From: an uncultured Actinomycetes bacterium
GTDB lineage: Bacteria > Actinomycetota > Thermoleophilia > UBA2241
NCBI GenBank assembly: GCA_963709345.1
Contig: CAVPVX010000011.1
Location: 422,314 to 486,313 of the forward strand
DNA length: 64,000 bases
Reading direction: 5' to 3'
The translations under genes were made by a program, and so were the position numbers. The notes beneath the pieces were generated by a model. It was not told where the DNA came from, did not search any database, and saw only the letters and a list, made by a program, of their open reading frames with translations. Shown here piece by piece: positions 26,883-37,431 of the stretch. Every line of letters begins with the position of its first letter. Positions within the stretch are counted from its first letter, which is position 1.

Positions 26883-29238
26883 GTGAGTACGGTGAGGCGT
26901 GGAGCAGGCGTCCAGTGGACAGGAGCGACGACCGTGGGGTCGGTCCGGCCACGACGAGACGGGCGGGGTAGTCCATCACACGGCGGAGGCGCCGCGGCGG
27001 AGGTACGCACCCTGCGGCCGAGCGGCGAGCCGTTCCGCACGCATCCCTCGAAGCTCCGCCCCCCGCGCGCGCACGTTTCCCTCGTGATGCGTGAGCGACT
27101 CGTCTCACGTCTGCTGGGCGCAGGAGAAGCCGTGGTGCTCCTCTGCGCTGCCGCCGGCTCGGGAAAGACGGTCGCGGCGATGCAGTGGGCGACGCGCGAG
27201 AAGCGACCGGTCGCCTGGCTGCATCTCGACCCTTACGACAACGATCCCGCCGTGTTCCTCTCTTCCATCGCCGCCGCGTTCGATGTCGCGGTGGCTGCGC
27301 ACGTCGGCCTGGGTGGTCCGTTGCACTGTGCGCAGGCGTCGCGCCGGGAGCAGTTGCTCGCCGGCATCGTGACCGCGGCAGCCGCGGCGCAGCCGTTCGC
27401 CCTCTTCCTCGACGACTGCCATCAGGTGCGGAACCCCGCGTGCTGGGACGACATGGGGGTGCTCGTCGAGGAACTCCCGGAGGGCGCCTCGCTGGTGATG
27501 AGCGCCCGCTCGGAGCCTCCGCTGCCGCTGGGCCGTCTGCGGGCGCAGGGGAGCCTCTGCGAGCTCCGCCAGGTTCAGTTCGCCTTTGCCCTCGACGAGA
27601 CCATGCGGTTGCTCCGGCTGCACGGGGTGGACGCGGATGAGGGGGCTGCGCAGGCCCTTGTCGAGCGGACGGAGGGCTGGGCGGCGGGCATGTACCTGGC
27701 CTTGCTCGCCGCCCGTGAACGGCCGGGGATGGATTGGCTGGCGGAGGCTCGCGGCGATCAGCACGGCATCTCGGCGTTCCTGCTGGATGAAGTGCTGGGG
27801 CGCCAGCCCCCTGACGTCCAGCTCTTTCTTGAGCAGACATCGATCCTCGAGGAACTGTCGGCGCGCCTGTGCGCGGCCGTGACGGGCCGCGCCGACGCCG
27901 GCTTGATCCTGGAGCGTCTCGCCCGTGACAACCTCTTCGTGAGCGCCCTCGACGGCCACGGCGAGCGCTATCGCTATCATCATCTCTTCGCGGACTTTCT
28001 CCGCAGCCGCTTGGAGCGGCGAGGTGACGCTGAGGCCGGACGTCTGCACCGGCGCGCCGCCGCGTGGTGCCGCGACAACCAGCGGCCCGAGTCCGCGGTG
28101 CGCCACTACCTCGCCGCCGGCGACGTGGAGGCGACGGTCGATCTTGCCGCGCGGACCGCCGACGCGCTGCTGCTTCAGGGTTACGTCGACAGCGCCAGGC
28201 GGCTGCTCCGCCTCTACACCACGGAGCAACTCCTCGCGCACCCGGCACTGGCGATCGCCGCCGGCTGGGTGTTCGCACTCGCCGCCGGGACACCGGAGGA
28301 GCAGCGCCGCTGGACGCGGCTGATGATGACGTTCGAGTTCGAGGACGGACCCTCGCCTCTGGACGCCGCGTCGCTGCGCTCGTCGTACATCTTCATCGTC
28401 GCCGAGTTGGCTCCCGAGGGGGTCACGCAAGCCCGGCGCTGTCATGAGGAGGCGCTGCGCCTCGAGGCGCGCCCGGGTGAGTGGCGGGACATGGCGTGGG
28501 ACGGCCTCGCACGCAGTCACTATCTCGCCGGCGCCGCCGACCGGGCCCGGCGGATGCTCCGCGAGACCATGGAGGCCGAGGCCACCACGCCGGGCGCACC
28601 CGATCTCGATCGTATGGCAGGCACGCGCACATGGCTGGCTCTGATCGCTCAGGACGCGGGATGCTGGGATGAGGCAGCGGTGCTTGTGGGCGAGGCGAGG
28701 CGGCTGCGCCCGCAGACGGGTCTCGACGAGGCGGTCCATCTGAGCGGCAACCTGCCGACGCTGTATGCGCGCCTGCGCCTCATGTCGCATTCAGGCGATC
28801 CCGAGACGATGGCCTTTGCGCGCACGATCGACGAGTTCGCTGCGGACATGGTGCACAACGCGCCCTGGGTGCTGCTCATGCGCGACGTGATTCTCGGCGA
28901 GGTCGCGTTCGAGCAGGGCGACCTCGTCGCCGCAAGAGGATGGTGCGACCGCGCTCTCAGGACACTCGCCGGCTGGCCCGACGCCGGCATGTTCGGGCGG
29001 AGGGCGAAGCAGCTTGCGGATGCGCTGGAACAGCGCGTGTACGCGGAGCCTCTCTCGCGCGCCGAGAAGCGCGTGCTCGGCGAGATGCCGTCGTGCCTCA
29101 CCGTGGACGAGATCGCGCGCGGAGCTCCACGTGTCGCGCAACACGGTGAAGACCCAGGTCGCGGCGATCTACCGCAAGCTCCAAGTGTCGTCGCGTAGCG
29201 CCGCCGTCGCGAAGGCCCGCACGCTCGGGCTCCTGTAG
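26883..29238 (+). CDS. MalT-like LuxR-family ATP-dependent regulator, frameshift near 29120
   Basis: SKLRPPR, AAAGSGKT, LFLDDCH, RTEGWAAG, YRYHHLF; C-terminal HTH VSRNTVKTQVAAIYRKL in a second frame. Confidence 0.9.
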
Positions 29239-29366
29239 CTCCTCCTCTCTCGTTGTCCCGGCGGCGTCGCTCCCGTGTGCGCTCGCCGGTCGTCTGCTAC
29301 ACTCCACCGGTCAACAGCCCCCGCCAAGGTACGCGGGCGCGCAAGCACGAAAGGACCGGTCCGCTC

Positions 29367-31418
29367 ATGACCCTGCACGTCACCCTTCCCGACGGTTCCC
29401 CCCTCGAGCTCGACGACGGCGCCACCGTGCGCGACGCCGCGGCGGCGATCGGGCCGCGACTGGCGAAGGCCGCCGTCGCCGGCCGCGTCACCGCCGCCTC
29501 CGACCCGGACGTCACCGTGCTGGTCGATACCGCGGCGCCGCTGCACGACGGCGATTCCGTCGCCATCGTCACCCTCAGGGGCGACGACCCCGACGCCGTC
29601 GACGTGCTGCGCCACTCCGCCTCGCACGTCATGGCCCAGGCTATCGTCCGCCTCTTTCCGGGCGCGAGCTACGCCATCGGCCCGACCATCGAGAAGGGCT
29701 TCTACTACGACTTCGAGCTGCCCGAAGCCATCACCGAGACCGACCTCGCGCGCATAGAGAAGGAGATGGCCAGGGTTGTGAGCCAGAACCTGCCGGTCGA
29801 GCGCTACGAGCTGCCAGTAGACGAGGCGCTTGCGGTGTTCGGGGCCGGCGAGCCCGGCACGGGCGCCTCAGGCCTGCCTCTGGGGCTCGACCAGCGGTTC
29901 AAGGTCGAGCTCATCGAGGACCTCGTCGCCGCCGCCGAGGCGGAGGGCTCCGAGGTCCCGACCATCAGCGTCTACCGTCAGGGCGACTTCGTCGACCTCT
30001 GCCGCGGCCCGCACCTGCCCAGCACCAACAAGCTCGGGAACGGGACCTTCACGCTCACCAGCGTCGCCGGCGCCTACTGGCGGGGTGACGAGAAGAACGA
30101 GATGCTCACCCGCGTCTACGGCACCGCCTTCCCCAGCAAGGAAGAGCTGTCGGCGCACCTGGAGGCGCTCGAGCTCGCCCGCCAGCGCGACCATCGCCGC
30201 ATCGGCCGCGACCTCGACCTCTTCAGCTTCCACGAGGAGGGCCCCGGCTTCCCGTTCTTCCACCCCAAGGGCATGCGCCTCTGGAACGCGATGGTCGACT
30301 TCTGGCGCGCCGAGCACGTGCGCGCCGGCTACGAGGAGATCAGCACGCCGGTGATCCTGCGCCGCGAGCTCTGGGAGCGCAGCGGCCACTGGGACAACTA
30401 CAAAGAGAACATGTACTTCACTCAGATCGACGACCAGCCGTACGCGGTGAAGCCCATGAACTGCCCCGGTGGCCTGCTCGTCTACAAGAGCCGCCGGCGC
30501 TCCTACCGTGACCTGCCGCTGCGCATGGCCGAGCTGGGCCGCGTGCACCGCCACGAGATGAGCGGCGTGCTGCACGGCCTGTTCCGGGTGCGCTACTTCA
30601 CCCAGGACGACGCGCACATCTACTGCACCCCCGAGCAACTGCAGGAAGAGGTCCTCGGCGTGGTGCGCTTCATGAAGCGCATCTACGCCGCCTTCGGCTT
30701 CACCGACGTCAAGATCGAGCTGAGCACGCGGCCGGACAAGAGCATCGGCTCGGACGAGGTCTGGAAGCTCGCCGAGAGCACCCTGCAGCGGGTGCTGGAG
30801 GGCGAGGGCATCGACTACGTGCTCAACCCCGGCGACGGCGCCTTCTACGGCCCCAAGATCGACTTTCACATCCGCGACGTCATGGGTCGCACCTGGCAGT
30901 GCGGCACGATCCAGGTCGACTTCGCGATGCCCGAGCGGCTGGACATCAGCTACACGGGGGCGGACAACGAAGAGCATCGGCCCGTGATGATCCACCGCGC
31001 GCTGCTCGGGAGCATCGAGCGCTTCATGGGCATCCTGCTGGAGCACTACGGCGGCAACCTGCCGACCTGGCTGGCGCCGGAGCAGATCCTGGTGCTGCCG
31101 ATCGCCGACCGCCACGGCGAGTACGCGCAGGGGGTGCTGCGCACCCTGCGCGCCGCCGGCGCCGCCGACCCGGCCAGGGCGCCGGTCACCGTGCACGCCG
31201 ACGTCGACGACCGCGCCGAGAGCATCGGCAGGCGCATCCGCGACGCGCAGCTGCAGAAGGTGCCGTACATCCTCGTGGTCGGCGACCGCGAGGTGGAGCA
31301 GGGAGCCGTGGGCGTACGCGAGCGCGGCGAGGACAAGGGCGCGCGGCCGCTCGGCGAGTTCGTCGACCAAGTGGTCGACGAAGTTCGCGAGCGGCGTCTG
31401 CCGGCGCCCGGCGCCTGA
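29367..31418 (+). CDS. thrS: Threonine--tRNA ligase
   Basis: LRHSASHVMAQA, DLCRGPH, RDHRRIG, KPMNCP, MIHRALLGSIERF. Confidence 0.98.
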   Translation: MTLHVTLPDGSPLELDDGATVRDAAAAIGPRLAKAAVAGRVTAASDPDVTVLVDTAAPLHDGDSVAIVTLRGDDPDAVDVLRHSASHVMAQAIVRLFPGASYAIGPTIEKGFYYDFELPEAITETDLARIEKEMARVVSQNLPVERYELPVDEALAVFGAGEPGTGASGLPLGLDQRFKVELIEDLVAAAEAEGSEVPTISVYRQGDFVDLCRGPHLPSTNKLGNGTFTLTSVAGAYWRGDEKNEMLTRVYGTAFPSKEELSAHLEALELARQRDHRRIGRDLDLFSFHEEGPGFPFFHPKGMRLWNAMVDFWRAEHVRAGYEEISTPVILRRELWERSGHWDNYKENMYFTQIDDQPYAVKPMNCPGGLLVYKSRRRSYRDLPLRMAELGRVHRHEMSGVLHGLFRVRYFTQDDAHIYCTPEQLQEEVLGVVRFMKRIYAAFGFTDVKIELSTRPDKSIGSDEVWKLAESTLQRVLEGEGIDYVLNPGDGAFYGPKIDFHIRDVMGRTWQCGTIQVDFAMPERLDISYTGADNEEHRPVMIHRALLGSIERFMGILLEHYGGNLPTWLAPEQILVLPIADRHGEYAQGVLRTLRAAGAADPARAPVTVHADVDDRAESIGRRIRDAQLQKVPYILVVGDREVEQGAVGVRERGEDKGARPLGEFVDQVVDEVRERRLPAPGA

Positions 31419-31422
31419 ACCC

Positions 31423-32871
31423 GTGAGCGCCGGGCCGCGCTACACGACCAAGGGGCGGACGGCTGCATACGAGGACTTCGTGCGGCGGTTCCCTTCGTTC
31501 GCGGGCACGACGGCCATCGACGAGCTGCGGGCGACCGACTACGCACGGCTCGACCGCCTCGGTCACACGTACCTCGACTACACCGGCGGTGGCCTCTATG
31601 CGGAGTCGCAGCTCCGCCGCCACCACGAACTGCTCGGCGGCCGCGTGCTCGGCAACCCGCACTCGCAGAGCCCGACCTCGCTCGCCTCGGCCGAGCTGGC
31701 CACCCGGGCGCGCGACGCCGTACGGCGCTTCTTCAATGCCCCCGAGGACGAGTTCGAGATCGTCTTCACGGGCAACGCAAGCGGGGCGCTCAAGCTGGTC
31801 GGCGAGGCCTATCCCTTCGGTCCCGGCGGCGTGTTCCTGCTCAGCTACGACAACCACAACTCGGTGAACGGCATCCGCGAGTTCGCAGCGCGCAAGGGCG
31901 CCGCCGTCTCGTACATCCCGGTGCGCGAAGACGACCTGCGGCTCGACGAGGAGCAGGTCCGCACCGCGCTGCGAGGCGCCGGCGACGGCGCCCCCAAGCT
32001 CTTCGCGTACCCAGCGCAGTCCAACTTCAGCGGCGCGCAGCACCCGCTTGAGTGGGTCGCCGAGGCGCGGGACCTCGGCTGGGACGTCGTCCTCGACTGC
32101 GCCGCCTACGCGCCGACGAACCCCGTCGACGCGCACGCCGTCGGCGCCGACTTCATCCCCATCTCCTTCTACAAGCTGTTCGGCTACCCGACCGGCTCCG
32201 GGTGCCTCATCGCCCGCCGTGAGGCGCTCGCGAGGCTCGATCGCCCGTGGTTCGCCGGTGGCACGATCACGCTCGCTTCGGTCCAGGAGGAGAAGTGGTA
32301 TCACCTGGCTTCCGGCGCGACCGGCTTCGAGGACGGCACCATCGATTACCTCGGCCTGCCGGCCGTCACCATCGGGATCGAGCACGTGGAGGCGGTGGGC
32401 GTCGATCGCATCCACGCGCGGGTGTGCGCTCTCGGCTGCTGGCTCCTGGAGGAGTTCGAGGCGCTCCGCCACAGCGATGGCTCACCGCTGGTCAGGGTCT
32501 TCGGGCCCGCGGACGGCGAGTGCCGCGGCGCCACGATAGCGCTCTACCTGGTCGACCCCGAGGGGCGGCCCTACGACGTCGACGACGTCGAAGCCGCCGC
32601 CGCCCGCGAGCGCATCTCCGTGCGCAGCGGGTGCTTCTGCAACCCCGGCGACGGCGAGATCGCGCACCGCATCACGCGCGCCGATGTCGAGAGCTGCTTC
32701 AGCGACCCGAGTGTCGCGATCACTCTGCACGAGTGCCAGCAGAGGATCGAGGACGCGACCGGCAAGGTGCCCAACACGATCCGCGTCTCGCTGGGGATCG
32801 CTTCGGATTTCGCCGACGTGTACCGGTTCATGGTCTTCGCCGAGGGCTACCGGGACAAGCCCTCGGAGTGA
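31423..32871 (+). CDS. Class V PLP enzyme, molybdenum-cofactor-sulfurase-like
   Basis: YLDYTGGGLY, GNPHS, DNHNSVNGIRE, SFYKLFGYPTG, RSGCFCNPG. Confidence 0.85.
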   Translation: MSAGPRYTTKGRTAAYEDFVRRFPSFAGTTAIDELRATDYARLDRLGHTYLDYTGGGLYAESQLRRHHELLGGRVLGNPHSQSPTSLASAELATRARDAVRRFFNAPEDEFEIVFTGNASGALKLVGEAYPFGPGGVFLLSYDNHNSVNGIREFAARKGAAVSYIPVREDDLRLDEEQVRTALRGAGDGAPKLFAYPAQSNFSGAQHPLEWVAEARDLGWDVVLDCAAYAPTNPVDAHAVGADFIPISFYKLFGYPTGSGCLIARREALARLDRPWFAGGTITLASVQEEKWYHLASGATGFEDGTIDYLGLPAVTIGIEHVEAVGVDRIHARVCALGCWLLEEFEALRHSDGSPLVRVFGPADGECRGATIALYLVDPEGRPYDVDDVEAAAARERISVRSGCFCNPGDGEIAHRITRADVESCFSDPSVAITLHECQQRIEDATGKVPNTIRVSLGIASDFADVYRFMVFAEGYRDKPSE

Positions 32872-32968
32872 ACCTGCAGAGCGCGCGGGGCTGCGCCGGC
32901 GCGCCGTCCGGCAGCGTTCTGTCTGCCGCCCAGCGCGTCGGCCCGGCAACGTCACCGGTGCAGGTCCA

Positions 32969-32997
32969 TTGTCATCTTGACCACTTCTGGTCATACT
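32969..32997 (+). promoter_or_regulatory. TA promoter with operator
   Basis: TTGTCA-N17-CATACT enclosing palindrome TGACCA-CTTC-TGGTCA (32978-32993). Confidence 0.65.
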
Positions 32998-33003
32998 GTG
33001 ACT

Positions 33004-33369
33004 ATGGACACCGTGACCGTCGCCGAACTCAAGGCCAGGCTCAGCCACTACCTCCGCGAGGTGCGCGAGGGCCGGTCGTTCACCGTCCTCAGCCGCGACA
33101 TCCCGGTGGCGACTCTTGGGCCGCACGAGGCGGAGGGTGTCGACGATCTGGAGATCATCGGGCCCACCGAAGACCCGGCCTTGTGGGGCCGGGTCGATCT
33201 GCCGCCGGCGGCTCTGTCGCGCGATATCGTCGACTACCTGATCGCGGTCCGTCAGGATCGCGATCTCGGAGTGGGCGGCCCGTCGACCGAGTCGTCGGAT
33301 GCGTGCGAGGCGCGCGGTGGGCGAGACGATATCGTGCCGCTTGGCGGCTCGGCCGAGAACGACGAGTGA
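33004..33369 (+). CDS. Phd/YefM-family antitoxin
   Basis: MDTVTVAELKARLSHYLREVREGRSFTVLSRDIPVATL. Confidence 0.88.
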   Translation: MDTVTVAELKARLSHYLREVREGRSFTVLSRDIPVATLGPHEAEGVDDLEIIGPTEDPALWGRVDLPPAALSRDIVDYLIAVRQDRDLGVGGPSTESSDACEARGGRDDIVPLGGSAENDE

Positions 33370-33782
33370 TCGCCTACATCGACTCGTCCGTCCTCTCTCG
33401 CGTGGTGATGCGGCAGCCCGACCGTCTCGTGGAGCTTGAGACCTGCGAACACAGGTTCACTTCGCAACTCACGCAGGCGGAATGCCTGCGAGCCATCGAG
33501 AAGGCGCGACTCGACGAAGGGCTCAGGCCGGACGAGATCCTGTCACGTCGCCTCGTTCTCTTCGACCAGCTTCGTCGTATGAGCCGGGTGGCTGTCTCGC
33601 GCGCCGTCCTCGACGGCGCGGGGTCGTCGTTCCCGCTGCCGGTGAAGACCCTGGATGCCATCCACCTCACGACCGCCGTTCGCCTGCAGGAGCGCGGCAA
33701 CCCTGGGTTGGTGTTCGCGACTCACGACCGTCAGCAGGGGCGGGCAGCCCTCGCTCTCGGCTTCGAGGTCCTCGGCTTGTAG
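33366..33782 (+). CDS. VapC/PIN toxin
   Basis: IAYIDSS...KTLDAIHL...FATHD; GTGA overlap with the antitoxin. Confidence 0.9.
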   Translation: MIAYIDSSVLSRVVMRQPDRLVELETCEHRFTSQLTQAECLRAIEKARLDEGLRPDEILSRRLVLFDQLRRMSRVAVSRAVLDGAGSSFPLPVKTLDAIHLTTAVRLQERGNPGLVFATHDRQQGRAALALGFEVLGL

Positions 33783-33808
33783 GCGACCCGACGCGCGGCC
33801 GCGGCACC

Positions 33809-35218
33809 CTACGCGGATGCGGCCGCGAACCCGGCGATCACGCTGTCGATGTGCCGCTCCACGTCGTCGGCCATCGGCACCACCTCGTGAGTGGCCAGCA
33901 GGTGGTGCGCCCGTTCCAGCGCATCCTCGATCAGCGTGCTACCGCGATGCGCGTCGAAGGTGCCGCGCCGCAGGACCTTCGGCTGCCACACATCACGGGC
34001 GTGCTGCCGGGTGGAGCGGCAGGCCAGGAAGTGACCTCCGGGGCCCACGGCGCGGATGTCGTCGAGGAGTGACGAGGCGGCATCGAACGGCGTATCTTCG
34101 CGGAGCTTCTTGAGCATGCCGGCGGCCTCCGCGTGCAGCACGATCGTCGCCAGGCTGGTCATCTGGGCGCCGTCGACCGAGCCGAGCCCGACGAGCGTGT
34201 CGGCGCCGCCCATGCACATCAGCGAACCGCCTTCGAGGCCGTCCTGGAAATCAGGCGCCTTGCCGTCGCCGCCGAAGGCCTCGCCCTGCACCGGCAGACT
34301 CCACGACTTGAGCACGTCGATGCAGGCCATAGTGGCGAATGCGACTTCGGGCGTGGCGCACAGGTAGAGCCCGCTGCGCAGGTCGGCGAGCGCCGGCTCG
34401 GGGGAAGCGATCAGCGTGCAACCTGGGGCGGCGAGCTGGAAGAGCACCACCGCGGAGGCGATCTCGGCCAGTGAGATGACCGCCGCTCCGGCGGCGCTCA
34501 GCGGCGCCGTGGTGCCCATGAGCGGCATCGGCATGATCACGATCGGCACGCCGGCGCGCGCCAGCGCGATGCTCGCCGGGGTCATCTCGGCATCGTGCAT
34601 CAGCGGCGCGATGGTGCAGTTGATGACCGAGAAGATGGGCCGCTTGCTCATGGGCGCGCCGGCGACGGCCTCGAGGATGTCGAGCAGCGGCTCGACGAAC
34701 TGGAGCGAGCGCACCTCGTCCTGTACGTGCTTGGCGCACGAGCGCAGCGAGATGGCCTCGATCTCGAGGTTGGCGGTCACGGGGTCGAGATCGCGGGCGG
34801 AGATGGTCGGCCACACGTAGTCGACCTCCGGGAGCGAGTCGAAGAGCCGCATGATGGTGCGCAGGTCGTCGGCCGTGCCGCCGCGGCGCTCGCCGGTGGT
34901 GTCGTCAAGCATGTAGGTGGCGGTGCCGTCACTGGTCAGCGAGACCGGTGCCCCGCCGCCGACGAGCACGTCGTTGCGTGGGTCGCGCGCCGCGAGCAGC
35001 ACCTGTCTGGGCGCCATCGCGAGACAGCGTTCGACGAGCTCGCGCGGCAACCGCGCCAGCGAGGTCTCACGGTCGACTCTGGCGCCGGCCTCGGCCAGTA
35101 AGTCCAGAGCCTCCGCGGTGTTGAAGAGCACCCCCACCTCTTCGAGCACGGTGAACGTCTGCTCGGCCAGTGCAGCGCACTCGGTCGCCGAGAGGTACGT
35201 CATCTTCACGGTGGCCAC
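33809..35218 (-). CDS. MttB-family (trimethylamine methyltransferase superfamily) protein, no pyrrolysine codon
   Basis: VLEEVGV, APRQVLLAARDP, NCTIAPL, MGTTAP, VGPGGHFL; no in-frame TAG. Confidence 0.9.
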   Translation of the reverse strand: MATVKMTYLSATECAALAEQTFTVLEEVGVLFNTAEALDLLAEAGARVDRETSLARLPRELVERCLAMAPRQVLLAARDPRNDVLVGGGAPVSLTSDGTATYMLDDTTGERRGGTADDLRTIMRLFDSLPEVDYVWPTISARDLDPVTANLEIEAISLRSCAKHVQDEVRSLQFVEPLLDILEAVAGAPMSKRPIFSVINCTIAPLMHDAEMTPASIALARAGVPIVIMPMPLMGTTAPLSAAGAAVISLAEIASAVVLFQLAAPGCTLIASPEPALADLRSGLYLCATPEVAFATMACIDVLKSWSLPVQGEAFGGDGKAPDFQDGLEGGSLMCMGGADTLVGLGSVDGAQMTSLATIVLHAEAAGMLKKLREDTPFDAASSLLDDIRAVGPGGHFLACRSTRQHARDVWQPKVLRRGTFDAHRGSTLIEDALERAHHLLATHEVVPMADDVERHIDSVIAGFAAASA

Positions 35219-35432
35219 GGTGGTCTCCCTCCTCGCCGCGCGTTGCGGATCGCGGGCGTCGCATGGTTCCGGCACCATCGACAGAGTGATGATCGCTTCC
35301 CAGAAGGCTACACGCCCCCGCCATGGCCGTCGACGTGGGGAGCCCGCCATCTGGAGCCTTTCCGGCGTTGCCCCAGGCGAGTACGATGCGCCCACGGTCA
35401 CGCGCAGCTCGCAGTCCACGAAAGAGAGACGA

Positions 35433-35984
35433 ATGAGCGCCAGCGAGAAGCCCCCGATTCACGTCGTCAGTGCGGCCGACGCCGTGTGGGAAGAGGCTTC
35501 CCATGGTCCCGAAGTGGTAGAGGCGCCCGGTTGCGAGTTCACCGCTGCCGCCTCGCCCGACGAGAAGCTCTCGGCCGGCTGGCGGGAGCGCGACCAGCAG
35601 AGTCGCCCGTTCGTACGCGCCTTCCACGAAGCGGCGATCGTCCTCGAGGGCGAGGTGAGATCACGCTCGACGACGGCATCGTCCTGCACGCCGACCCCGC
35701 CGACCTCATCGAGCGCACCGTCGCCCGTCTCCCGCGCGGCGTGCTTCTCGCCGGCGCGACGCCCGACGACGACTGCCTGCTCGAGCCTGGGCGGATCCAC
35801 TTCTGTCCCTCCGGCAGCCCCACCGTCACGCTCGACTTCGAGAGCGGCGAGTACCGCCCCGGCACGTGCGAAGACGTGCGCCGCGCGACCATGGTCGCGC
35901 GGCGCCATGGAGCCGGTCGACATCCTCTGGTCGATGGTCGACGCGATCGCCGCCGAGGCCGAGGCCGCCAGGGGAGAAGGTTGA
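35433..35984 (+). pseudogene. Chimeric relic: cupin N-terminus joined to MttB fragments
   Basis: Cupin-like FHEAAIVLEGEV/EITLDDG followed by MttB-like DLIERTVARLPRGVLLAGATPDDDCLL...YRPGTCEDVRRA and a terminal DAIAAEAEAAR*. Confidence 0.6.
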
Positions 35985-35988
35985 GCCG

Positions 35989-37431
35989 GTGACATACACC
36001 CCCGACATCATCAGCTTCACGCCGCTGCTGCGCTCGACGGTCGACGACACTGCCGCCGTCGAGCGCCTTCAAGCGGCGACGCTCGAGGTCCTCGAGCGCG
36101 TCGGCGTCTGCTTTCCCTGTGAGCCGGCGCTCGAGATCTTTCGCCGCCACGGCGCCGCCGTCGACGGCGACGGCGTCGTCAAACTAGCCCCCGACTCGGT
36201 CGAGCGAGCTCTGGCCACGGCGCCGCGCTCCTTCCTGCTCGGCGGCCGCGAGCCCCGCTTCGACCTGACCCTCGACGGTACGAGAACGTACCTCTCGACC
36301 GAGGGCGTCGGTGTGCGCGTGCGCGATCCCGAGACCGGCGAAGCGCGTTCCTCGCGCAAGGCCGACGTCGAGCTGATGGCACGCGTCGTCGACGCCCTGC
36401 CGGCGGTCTCGTTCTTCTGGCCGCCGGTGAGCGCTCAGGACCACGCCCGTACGGCGCCCCTGCACGAGTGCCACGCCGGGCTCACCAACACGCTCAAGCA
36501 CGTACGCGGCGCGACGACGTTGCACCCGCGCCTCGCGGAGCGGGTCGTGGAGATGGCGACCGTGGTCGCGGGCTCCGAGGAGGCGCGGCGCGCGCGGCCG
36601 CCGGTCTGCGGCAACATCTGCACCATCAGCCCCCTGGCGCAGGACGACACCGGCATCGAGGCGGCGCTGGTCTACGCCGGGGCAGGCATCCCCATCAGCT
36701 TCATGGCCATGCCGACCATGGGGTCGACGGCGCCGGCTTCGCCGGCCGGGGCCATCGTCCAGGGGGAGGCCGAGGTCGTGAGCGCCCTGGTGCTCATCCA
36801 GCTGGCTTTCCCGGGGGCGCCGGTCTTTCACAGCAACCTCATCTCGGCGATGGACCCGCGCAGCGGCGGCTACATCGGCGACATCGAAGCGCCGGCCGAG
36901 CGCCTCGTCACGCGCCTCGGCCACGCCTGGGGCGTGCCGCACCTCTGCGGGCCTTCCGTGAGCGGCGACGAGGCGAGCATCGGCTGGGAATTCGGCTCGC
37001 GGGCCGGTATCGGCGCCGCTCTGCTGTCGGGCACCGAGGCTGAGATCAGCGGCGACCTCGGCGGTCTGCTGGACAGCTACACAGTACTCGAGCCGCACTT
37101 CGTCATCCTGCAGCACGAGCTGGTACTGGCGGCCCGGCGCATGCTCGAGGAGTTTCCCGGTGACGCCGACCTCGCGCTCGATGTCATCGAGAGTGTGGGG
37201 CCACGCGCCCACTATCTTGCGCACTCGCACACGCGCGCTCACGTGCGCGACTTTCCGCTGCCCCTGCGGCACCGAGGGCGGGGGAGTGAGTCGGCCGAAG
37301 TCGCGGCGCGCGCGGAGTTCGCGCGACTGGCGCGCGAACACGAGCCCGCGCCGCTGCCCGCCGACATCCTTGCCGAACTCGATCGCATCCTCACCGAGGC
37401 GGAGCGTGAAGCTGAGAAAAGGGGGTCATGA
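35989..37431 (+). CDS. MttB-family methyltransferase, no pyrrolysine codon
   Basis: TLEVLERVGV, APRSFLLGGR, CTISPL, MGSTAPAS, VGPRAHYL. Confidence 0.9.
   Translation: MTYTPDIISFTPLLRSTVDDTAAVERLQAATLEVLERVGVCFPCEPALEIFRRHGAAVDGDGVVKLAPDSVERALATAPRSFLLGGREPRFDLTLDGTRTYLSTEGVGVRVRDPETGEARSSRKADVELMARVVDALPAVSFFWPPVSAQDHARTAPLHECHAGLTNTLKHVRGATTLHPRLAERVVEMATVVAGSEEARRARPPVCGNICTISPLAQDDTGIEAALVYAGAGIPISFMAMPTMGSTAPASPAGAIVQGEAEVVSALVLIQLAFPGAPVFHSNLISAMDPRSGGYIGDIEAPAERLVTRLGHAWGVPHLCGPSVSGDEASIGWEFGSRAGIGAALLSGTEAEISGDLGGLLDSYTVLEPHFVILQHELVLAARRMLEEFPGDADLALDVIESVGPRAHYLAHSHTRAHVRDFPLPLRHRGRGSESAEVAARAEFARLAREHEPAPLPADILAELDRILTEAEREAEKRGS

Noticed and set aside
29239-29366. T-box leader before thrS (also checked before tyrS and pheS)
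   Set aside because: Leaders are short and lack the T-box consensus and terminator.
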